A stretch of DNA of 64,000 nt from Longimicrobiales bacterium. GTDB taxonomy: Bacteria > Gemmatimonadota > Gemmatimonadetes > Longimicrobiales > Gaopeijiaceae. Under the pieces are notes generated by a model, which was not told the origin of the DNA, ran no database searches, and saw only the letters and a program-made list of their open reading frames with translations. Both the position numbers and the translations under genes were made by a program. Within the stretch, counting starts at the first letter, position 1. Every line of letters begins with the position of its first letter. The stretch covers positions 1,131 to 65,130 of the forward strand of contig JBJKYO010000055.1 of NCBI GenBank assembly GCA_045561015.1, in the 5' to 3' direction. Below, in pieces: positions 20,042 through 27,596 of the stretch.

Positions 20042-22543
20042 CTAATTACTATTATTCTCAACTTCTTCTACAACCGTTTCTGTAGAAGCTTTCATTTGAA
20101 ATGCGTCACTATTAATCACACCTAGAATGAATGAAGACATTCTATACTCATTAGTTTTTGCAGCCTGTGTGATTTTTCTAATTGTCGGTTGGTCGAAGTA
20201 CTCCATCCTACGCCCAGTAGCGTAAGCCATAAGGTTGTTAGCAAATGTCCGAACAAATGGAATAGACTTGTTCAGCAGAGCCGTATGCAAATCAGAGGGA
20301 TTAGCCAAAGGCGTTCCGTCATAGAGCATTCCATTTGTGTCTAGCTCACTGCCATGTTCTCTAATTCTCCAAGTGCCTGTCACATCGAAATTATCCAAGG
20401 CTAGACCGATAGGATCCATGAACTGGTGGCAGGCGTTACATGTTGGATTCGCTCTATGTCTTTCCATCCTCTCTCGCGTTGTCAAAAATCTTCCGTCCTC
20501 TGTACCCTCAGTAGCAAGCAAGTCTGGGACATCCGGCGGAGGTGGCGGAGGTGGCGCATCTAGAAGGACTTCCATCACCCACTTCCCTCGTAAAACAGGA
20601 GAAGTCCTATGAGCCATGGAAGTCAGCATCAGTACACTTCCGTGACCCAGTATCCCACGTCTGTTATCATCGGGATAAGACACCCTGCGAAATGCATTTC
20701 CCGCCACACCAGGAATCCCATAGTGTTGAGCTAAGCGTTCGTTCAAGAATGTGTAGTCAGCGTTAAGTAATTCAAGAATACTCCTGTCTTCACGAACGAT
20801 ATTGTAGAAGAAAAGTTCGGTTTCCCGATACATCGCTTCCGATAAGGTCATATCGAAATATGGATAATCGTACACATTGGGAGAAACTTTTTCCAAGTCT
20901 TGAAGTCTCAACCACTGTGCTGCAAATCTTGTAGCCAAAGCCTCGGCACGCGGGTCACTCAACATCCTTTCTACGTGACCCTGGAGAACTTCTCGATTGG
21001 CAAGATCACCAGTTGAGACATCTTGCAACAACGGAGCGTCTGGCGGTGATCCCCAGAGGAAAAAAGAGAGTCTTGAAGCAAGAGCCAGTTGATCTATCCT
21101 GTATGGTTCTTCCCAGTCGACACCTTCTGGAGCTTCTTCAAACCGGAACACAAAATAAGGACTCGCTAGCATGGCCTGTAAAGCAAGCCTCACTCCTCTT
21201 TCGAAACCCCCTTCCTGAGCCCCTTCCTTATAGAAGCTCATCAAGTCACTAACCTCAGCCTCACTGACTGGACGCCGATAAGCTTCCGAAGAAAGTCGTG
21301 TCACGATATCTCTGGCACACCCTACTTCCTCTTGGAAAGTGGTTGGCCGACAAGTAAAAATGCTTTGTCGGCTAGATGTTTCGGAAACCCCAGTAACATT
21401 GTAAGGACCACTGACCGCCAGATCCCTTAGATGCGGGAGTGTGGTCAACATTTCCTCTGGGAATCCCTCTTGTACCGATCTACCTAGAGGAGCCCTCACT
21501 TCTTCCACTGGACCTTCAAATCTTGGAACGAATGCTGCAGCTATTTTCTTGGGACCAGCGCGAACAAAAATGGGTTCTGTCTCGATTCTAGTACTAGGGG
21601 GATCCGCGTACTCAGCTTCTGAAAGATCAATATCCAGAAGTGCAACTCGTTCACCATCAAAAGAGAGTTCTAGTTGTTCTCCAACAGCTCTTTTCCCCAC
21701 ACTCTGAAACTGGAACCAAAAAGTATATTCACCATCGGCCGGGAAGATATGTTCCGCAGCTACCCCACCCCTACTTCCAAAAGGTGTTCCTTCAACGTGG
21801 ACCATTTGAGAAGCACGTTTCTCCGCACTGTAAACTGTTTCGGTCGGAGTAACTTCACGGTCGCCAATCGCCAATCGACTGATCTCACTGGCCGCGGTCA
21901 GATAGGCCTCCAAAAGTGTTGGAGAAAGCATCTGAACATCTGCTATGTTATCGAAATTTGCACTTTTTGTGTCCAAAGGAAGATATTCCCCAACATCTAT
22001 TTGAAGCCCTAACAAATTTTTTATGGACTCGGTATACTCGGCCCGATTCAGACGCTGGAAAGTTCGACCACCAGGATTTGGATTCATTACGGCTTCCCGA
22101 TCCATTCTGGTCTCCAGCTCTTCTACCAGAGCTAACAAGGTATCTGGACTAGGCCTCGGCATGCCTGGTGGAGGCATCATACCAGCCCTCAATTTCCGAA
22201 TCATTTTCTCTGCTGTCTCAGGTCTGTTCGGAGCATTTTCAACTTCAAATCCAGCCAAAGAAAGATTTCCTGTCATCATCGCGTCGTTGTGACATACCTG
22301 ACAGTAAGTCTGAACGACTTCGGTCAATGTAGCAGCTTCGATTTCAAGACTGCCTGTAGAATGTGTCCCACCCAACTCAGATGAAACGTCCGATTCTGTC
22401 CTCTGTACATCAGAAATATCAGATTTAGACTGTACTAATACAGCCCCTTCGGTGTCTACCGAACGAGCATCAGCAACCTGTCCGACCATCACTAGAATTA
22501 GCCCGAAAACTATAGCCAAAACAGCAGTAACGGATCTTTTCAT
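20042..22543 (-). CDS. exported protein with two CxxCH motifs, PSCyt/PSD (DUF1585/1587/1588/1592/1595) family, cassette A
   Basis: 833 aa with Sec signal MKRSVTAVLAIVFGLILVMVGQVADA. CQVCH is encoded at 22289..22303. A PPPPPPPPDVP tract precedes CNACHQFMDPIG, with CNACH encoded at 20426..20440. Confidence 0.85.
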   Translation of the reverse strand: MKRSVTAVLAIVFGLILVMVGQVADARSVDTEGAVLVQSKSDISDVQRTESDVSSELGGTHSTGSLEIEAATLTEVVQTYCQVCHNDAMMTGNLSLAGFEVENAPNRPETAEKMIRKLRAGMMPPPGMPRPSPDTLLALVEELETRMDREAVMNPNPGGRTFQRLNRAEYTESIKNLLGLQIDVGEYLPLDTKSANFDNIADVQMLSPTLLEAYLTAASEISRLAIGDREVTPTETVYSAEKRASQMVHVEGTPFGSRGGVAAEHIFPADGEYTFWFQFQSVGKRAVGEQLELSFDGERVALLDIDLSEAEYADPPSTRIETEPIFVRAGPKKIAAAFVPRFEGPVEEVRAPLGRSVQEGFPEEMLTTLPHLRDLAVSGPYNVTGVSETSSRQSIFTCRPTTFQEEVGCARDIVTRLSSEAYRRPVSEAEVSDLMSFYKEGAQEGGFERGVRLALQAMLASPYFVFRFEEAPEGVDWEEPYRIDQLALASRLSFFLWGSPPDAPLLQDVSTGDLANREVLQGHVERMLSDPRAEALATRFAAQWLRLQDLEKVSPNVYDYPYFDMTLSEAMYRETELFFYNIVREDRSILELLNADYTFLNERLAQHYGIPGVAGNAFRRVSYPDDNRRGILGHGSVLMLTSMAHRTSPVLRGKWVMEVLLDAPPPPPPPDVPDLLATEGTEDGRFLTTRERMERHRANPTCNACHQFMDPIGLALDNFDVTGTWRIREHGSELDTNGMLYDGTPLANPSDLHTALLNKSIPFVRTFANNLMAYATGRRMEYFDQPTIRKITQAAKTNEYRMSSFILGVINSDAFQMKASTETVVEEVENNSN

Positions 22544-22720
22544 CTAAAATCTCCCTATTGACTTGTGTGTCAACGAATTACCCGAAAGGAAGCCAAATTT
22601 CTGCCCCGATTTCTGATCACCCAACAAGTCCAAGCTCAAACAGGAACCACTCCACCATGAAAACTAGCATGCTCACGCCATCCTAGCCAGGATAAAGCAA
22701 CTCCCAAACTGAGCTTTGGG
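22071..22720. repeat. 650-bp near-identical duplicate, copy 1 (partner 29625..30274)
   Basis: My base-by-base comparison found only 2 mismatches (22115, 22116), at a constant offset of 7554 bp. It covers codons 1 to about 158 of the DUF1592-type gene plus 177 bp upstream. Confidence 0.95.
22677..22700 (-). promoter_or_regulatory. conserved palindrome-containing motif gccatcctaSccaggataaaRcaa
   Basis: ATCCT-N4-AGGAT core. The same 24-mer occurs at 30231..30254, and a 22/24 match occurs at 35079..35102. All three are intergenic. Confidence 0.3.
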
Positions 22721-22733
22721 AGGGGGGATTTGA

Positions 22734-24158
22734 TCAATATGGTAGAAAATAAAGTGCCGCAGCTAAAAACGGGAATAGCAAAATCATCATCGTTATCCCA
22801 TATCCAAACATATCCCTCGCCTTAAGTCCGGTAATCGCTAACAAGGGTATCGCCCAGAACGGATTCAACAAATTGGTGTGCGCATCTCCCACAGCATAAG
22901 CAGCTATAGTTTGACCATGCGGTATGCCAAGCTCTGATCCTGCAAGCAACATAGGACCTCCAACTATAGCCCATTCACCTCCGGCAGACGGAACGAATAC
23001 GTTCAGCACTCCACCTGTAAGCCACGCTGTCACAGCGAAGTTTTCTTCCGTAGCGATGGAGAGCAAAGCTTCGGTCATACTGTCCACCAAACCAGTTCCA
23101 GTCATAATCCCAATAATTCCAGCATAGAAGGGGAACTGCAGTATTACACCAGCGCTCCCTTTCACAGCATCATTAAATTCTTGCTCATATTTTGCTGGAC
23201 TCAAATACAAAACCATACCGATCATGATGAAACCGAAATTGAAAACATTCAGATCTAGAGCACCTAGGCCGTCTTTGACAAAAGCTCCCACAAAGAGTGC
23301 AATACCCGTTACAGCAACGATGCCGCCCAGCAATTTAGAATTATCCAGCCGGTCGGAGGGTGTTAACCTCTTCTCTTCCTTATTATCTAAACTACTTCGA
23401 TGACTATCTAACTCCATGTAGCGCTCTATACCTCTGCAATTAGCTGCTGGAGGAGCAAGTAGGTACATCATTAAAGATGCATAGGCCATAGAAAGAACCG
23501 TTAACAGTAATGGGTAGGAATGGAAAACCCATTCTGTAGCCGGAATCACCCTGTCTACAATGCCCTGCAACATAAACACATTACCGTCAGTAGCCTGCAA
23601 AAGACCTGCAGAACTTGATAGGCCCCAACCCCAAGTGAGACTCATACCCATGTAGCCAGCTACAGCTATAAGTGGGTAGTGCACTGCCATACCTTTTTCC
23701 GCAGCTGCCTTCCCCATTTCTCTTGCAAGAATAGCACCAAAAATCAGTCCCAATCCCCACGAGATCCAACCCACAATCATCGATCCGATCCCTACAAGAA
23801 CGACAGCCTGTCGACCATTTTGGGGTAACGATACCAGTCGTTTGATTCCCGAGAGCACTGTGGGGTGATAGGCTACTACAAATCCCGTCACTAATATAAT
23901 CACCATTTGCATGGCAAATTGAAGTAAATTCCAGAAACCTCCGTACCAAGCAAGTGCTATATCTACAGGATTTGAACCTTCTGACAGAAAAGCTGCCAAA
24001 CCTGCTACATAGGTAAGTATGATCGCAAAGACAAATGGACTCGGCATCCATCTTTCGACCCGATCAGCTATCGCCTCTCCAAACCGCTGAACCCACGTTA
24101 GCTGCGGATCGGTATGATTACCTTGGTCGTTCTGCTGCTCCAATGCTTCAAATTCCAT
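22734..24158 (-). CDS. AtoE-family short-chain fatty acid / carboxylate transporter
   Basis: 474-aa polytopic protein. WYGGFWNLLQFAMQMVIILVTGFVVA resembles E. coli AtoE WGDGFWNLLAFGMQMALIIVTGHALA as I recall it. Its start overlaps the ankyrin-B stop by 11 nt. Confidence 0.8.
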   Translation of the reverse strand: MEFEALEQQNDQGNHTDPQLTWVQRFGEAIADRVERWMPSPFVFAIILTYVAGLAAFLSEGSNPVDIALAWYGGFWNLLQFAMQMVIILVTGFVVAYHPTVLSGIKRLVSLPQNGRQAVVLVGIGSMIVGWISWGLGLIFGAILAREMGKAAAEKGMAVHYPLIAVAGYMGMSLTWGWGLSSSAGLLQATDGNVFMLQGIVDRVIPATEWVFHSYPLLLTVLSMAYASLMMYLLAPPAANCRGIERYMELDSHRSSLDNKEEKRLTPSDRLDNSKLLGGIVAVTGIALFVGAFVKDGLGALDLNVFNFGFIMIGMVLYLSPAKYEQEFNDAVKGSAGVILQFPFYAGIIGIMTGTGLVDSMTEALLSIATEENFAVTAWLTGGVLNVFVPSAGGEWAIVGGPMLLAGSELGIPHGQTIAAYAVGDAHTNLLNPFWAIPLLAITGLKARDMFGYGITMMILLFPFLAAALYFLPY

Positions 24159-26175
24159 CGAAATTTTCAGTTCCTGGTCTTAAAACAGAACTGTTTGGAA
24201 GCTCATCATCGTCAACAGGAGGCTTGTTGGGTGATTCCTCTTCCTCAGTAGTCACCCTCCACGGATCTATCTCACCAGCCCTTGGACATGAATCTCCAGT
24301 ATCCAAAAAATGAGTATGGAGACATTCCAAAGTAGATCCCAAATCCTGTAACAGTTCCACTGTCTCGGGAAATGCTACTCTAGTGAAAAAACCTGCCCGA
24401 CCGCCTCGCGCCATATCTGCTGTCGATTGACCCAGTCGCGTTATCACCTTTACATCACCACCTTGTGAGACCAAGTATTCGATCAGTTCATTATCACCCC
24501 TTGAAGCGGCATAATGCATCGGTGTGTACCCCCAGGAATCTAGGGTATTTACATCTATTCCATGTTCTTCAACCAAATATTTTACAGCAGGTATGAAGCT
24601 CCCGGGAACGGTTCTGATGCTGAATGATCCGAGACCAGTAAAACCTCCACCTGCAGCAGCATGAATGGGGTAGGCATTAAAAGCATTCTTCGGGATATAC
24701 GGCAGTCCAGAATCTTCTTGTTGCCTTCCATCCTGCTGCCGTCTTTCTCTCATTTCCGGAGCTGGCCAAGCGGTCGGTATGTTAGGGTCAGCCCCATACT
24801 CCGACATCATTGCCATCGCTTCGACATCCTGAGCGTACGCAGCACGCCAAAAAGGAGTGGCGCCCCTTAGATCCGTCCCGATTTTAGTGAGTCCATATTC
24901 CCAATACCAAAGATGAGTATTAAGACTGACATTCGGATCAGCTCCCGCCTCTAACAAAGCACTAAGTAGCTCCAGGTATTCCGTTTCCTGCATATCCTGA
25001 GCTCTTGGTTGCGGGTAATTAGATTTCGGTGCCCACTGGGTTTGCAGAACTGCAAACAAAGGATTCGAACCATCAGTATTCGCTGACAGGTTAGGATCCG
25101 CACCCTCTTCTACCAAGATCATCGCCAAATCAAACTGTCCATTGAGAGCCGCTATCAAAAGAGGGCTTGTCTCGTCACCCCCACTGACCTGGTCGATATC
25201 TGCCCCCCCTTCTATAAGACTCATAGCTACTTCTGTATTGCCTTCTCTTGCTGCATGCAGCAAGGCAGTCATCCCACCCGTCTTTCCTACCAATGTTTCA
25301 CGATATGGCGGTCTTGGAAGATCAGGCCCTCCTGGATAGTCTGGACGATAACTGATCAAATTTTCTGGAAGATAATCACGGTAAGGTTCTCCAGATTTCA
25401 AAAACTCTCGTTGCGCCTGAATAGCAGCCTGTACCTCAGCAACACTGGGTTCTTTGTTCCCACTAGCACTATTTGTATTTACGTAATCCCCACTTGCATC
25501 CATTACTCGGCTATTATTGATATACTCGGAGAGTTCATTCCTCAAAAAACGACTTGCCTGCTGATCTGCCAATACATGTTGGAGTACATCTACAATCACC
25601 GTGGAAACGTTCGGATCCGCGCCATGAGCCAAAAGCAACTCAGCTGACTCAGTCCTATTCTTAGCCGCAGCGAACATCAGTGGGGTTTGGCCTGCTGAGG
25701 ATTCCCTAGCGTTCGGATCCGCGCCATGAGCCAAAAGCAACTCAACTGCCGCGCCACCGCCTACGACTTGTGCTGCCAAATGCAAGGCTGTGGCAAAGCT
25801 ACTAGATGTGACTGCATCCACATCCGCCCCTGCTTCCAGTAATTTCCCAACAACGACATAGTGTGCTTTTCCGCTTGCCAAATGAAGGGGAGTATATTCG
25901 CCAATTCTAGTTGTTGGATTCACTTCAGCCTGAGCAGCCAAAAGCAACTCAACGATCCTTTCGTGACCTGATTGAGCAGCAATGTGAAGTGGTGTCAAAC
26001 CATCTCCAGTCACCTCATTCACATCTGCACCACCCTCTATCAGAGCCATAACAGCCTCAACATCGGCCAATCTCGTCGCCTCAATCAAAGGCGAATCGGA
26101 AGCCGTCGTCCATCCCAAAAACAGTGCAGAAAAGACGAAAACGCTCGCAAAGCGGATGTTTCTTCCAATGTTCAT
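24148..26175 (-). CDS. secreted ankyrin-repeat protein, cassette B
   Basis: The ORF track starts at GTG 26178. ATG 26175 gives MNIGRNIRFASVFVFSALFLGWTTA (signal). It overlaps the DUF1552-B stop by 1 nt (TGATG). Architecture matches the cassette A ankyrin, plus an acidic C-terminal tail. Confidence 0.85.
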   Translation of the reverse strand: MNIGRNIRFASVFVFSALFLGWTTASDSPLIEATRLADVEAVMALIEGGADVNEVTGDGLTPLHIAAQSGHERIVELLLAAQAEVNPTTRIGEYTPLHLASGKAHYVVVGKLLEAGADVDAVTSSSFATALHLAAQVVGGGAAVELLLAHGADPNARESSAGQTPLMFAAAKNRTESAELLLAHGADPNVSTVIVDVLQHVLADQQASRFLRNELSEYINNSRVMDASGDYVNTNSASGNKEPSVAEVQAAIQAQREFLKSGEPYRDYLPENLISYRPDYPGGPDLPRPPYRETLVGKTGGMTALLHAAREGNTEVAMSLIEGGADIDQVSGGDETSPLLIAALNGQFDLAMILVEEGADPNLSANTDGSNPLFAVLQTQWAPKSNYPQPRAQDMQETEYLELLSALLEAGADPNVSLNTHLWYWEYGLTKIGTDLRGATPFWRAAYAQDVEAMAMMSEYGADPNIPTAWPAPEMRERRQQDGRQQEDSGLPYIPKNAFNAYPIHAAAGGGFTGLGSFSIRTVPGSFIPAVKYLVEEHGIDVNTLDSWGYTPMHYAASRGDNELIEYLVSQGGDVKVITRLGQSTADMARGGRAGFFTRVAFPETVELLQDLGSTLECLHTHFLDTGDSCPRAGEIDPWRVTTEEEESPNKPPVDDDELPNSSVLRPGTENFDGI
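25609..25744. repeat. intragenic 34-nt exact direct repeat, two copies 102 nt apart
   Basis: gttcggatccgcgccatgagccaaaagcaactca occurs at 25609..25642 and 25711..25744. On the minus strand both encode ELLLAHGADPN of adjacent ankyrin units. Confidence 0.85.
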
Positions 26176-27596
26176 CACTGAGTTCCCCCCGTTGACGTCA
26201 CTCCTCGTGGAGCCGTCAAAACCAAACTGCCGTCACTATCTCCGAAACTTTCCATGTCGTGGCCTATACCCTGCATTAGCGTAACAAAGGCATTGGCCAT
26301 CGGTGTTCCTTCAGGGGCTCCAATATGAACACCCCCTTCCAGGGCACCATTTGCACCTCCCATAAGGAGTAGTGGACATCTCCGGTGGTTATGTAAGTTT
26401 GGGTCTCCCATAGGAGAACCCCAGACGATAGCAGTTTTATCTAGCAAGGAACCGTCCCCATCCATAGTATTCTTCATTTTTTCTAAGAAATACGCGACAG
26501 ACCCTAAGCGGTAGGTATTGATCTTGTGGAAATCCATAATGTCATCGGCAATATTACCATGATGTGAGGCTCCGTGGATAGACTTAGTAGTTCCACTCTT
26601 CGGGAAGGTCCTATTAGACTGATCAAAGCCTGTTTTAAAGCTGATCACTCGAGTCATATCTGTCTGTAAAGCCAGAACCTGAAGGTCAAACATGAGCTGC
26701 ATATGCTCTTCCCAAGAATCTGGAATTCCTGATGGAGCTTCTGGCATCTCACGCTCTTCCCCACTTACATTTCGGGCTTCCATCAGCTGGATTCTGCGCT
26801 CGATCTCACGTACATGCTGTAAATATTCATCCATGGCAAGTCTGTCCGCTGCCCCTAGAGATGTTCTCAGTCGAGCGACTTCGGTAACGATCCAATCCAG
26901 CATGCTCTGATCTGTCCGTCTCCTTTCACTTCTATCTTTTTCTGAATCTCCAGCTCCAAACAGTCTTTCAAACACAGCTCTCGGTTCTCTGATAGCAGGA
27001 AGAGGTTGGTTAGGAGAAGACCAAGCCAAAGAAGTGGTATAAGCACAATGATAATTGTAGGCACAACCACCACCGCGATCTATCTCTTCTACACAGAGCT
27101 CGAGAGACGGTAGAACCGTGTCCTGCCCGAATCTCTGTGCATGTACCTGATCCAAAGACGTGCCAAGGAAGATGTCTGATCCCTGAGTTTGCTTAGGATG
27201 AGCCTGAGTTAAGAACACGGCCGTCGAACGATCGTGGTCACCTCCGATTTCTTCAACTCTATAAGCTTCAGCCATACGACAATCGGTGGAACTCACGATG
27301 GTAAGATAATCTCTGTAAGCTTCGAGTGGTTTCAACTGACTATCAGCTTCCAAAGTAAAATCCCTACCTGTTTCTGCTGGAGCAAAAAGATGTCTTTCAT
27401 CCCCCCAATCACTTCCTCCTGCACAACCCATTGATTCTTCGATACATACCATTCGCGTTTGCTTTGCTTCCACCGAACTATCCTTCCATGGACGCCCAGC
27501 TGGAACCATAGCATCCAAGAAAGGTAGTGCTATACCAGCACCCATACCGCCGACAAAAGTTCTTCGTGAAAGATGTTTACCTGTGATGAATTCCAT
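26175..27596 (-). CDS. TAT-exported DUF1552 (HXXSHH) family protein, cassette B
   Basis: Twin-arginine signal LSRRTFVGGMGAGIALPFLDAM. Contains an HGASHH motif. Its start overlaps the DUF1592-B stop by 1 nt (TAATG). Confidence 0.85.
   Translation of the reverse strand: MEFITGKHLSRRTFVGGMGAGIALPFLDAMVPAGRPWKDSSVEAKQTRMVCIEESMGCAGGSDWGDERHLFAPAETGRDFTLEADSQLKPLEAYRDYLTIVSSTDCRMAEAYRVEEIGGDHDRSTAVFLTQAHPKQTQGSDIFLGTSLDQVHAQRFGQDTVLPSLELCVEEIDRGGGCAYNYHCAYTTSLAWSSPNQPLPAIREPRAVFERLFGAGDSEKDRSERRRTDQSMLDWIVTEVARLRTSLGAADRLAMDEYLQHVREIERRIQLMEARNVSGEEREMPEAPSGIPDSWEEHMQLMFDLQVLALQTDMTRVISFKTGFDQSNRTFPKSGTTKSIHGASHHGNIADDIMDFHKINTYRLGSVAYFLEKMKNTMDGDGSLLDKTAIVWGSPMGDPNLHNHRRCPLLLMGGANGALEGGVHIGAPEGTPMANAFVTLMQGIGHDMESFGDSDGSLVLTAPRGVTSTGGTQ

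Noticed and set aside
22544-22580. TTGACA-N17-ATTTTA immediately upstream of the DUF1592 ATG, as a leaderless promoter
   Set aside because: The spacer contains the GGGAG SD used by the gene, and the -10 match is poor. The real promoter is probably further upstream, within the duplicated 177 bp.
23587-24051. 154-aa minus-strand ORF inside the AtoE-like gene
   Set aside because: It is an alternative frame of a gene with clear AtoE-family motifs. Its Cys/Arg/Ser-rich composition is typical of an out-of-frame translation.
25609-25950. Repeated ~34-nt sequences as a possible CRISPR array
   Set aside because: There are only two exact copies. They lie in frame inside an ankyrin-repeat gene, 102 nt apart (about one ankyrin unit), with no cas genes nearby.
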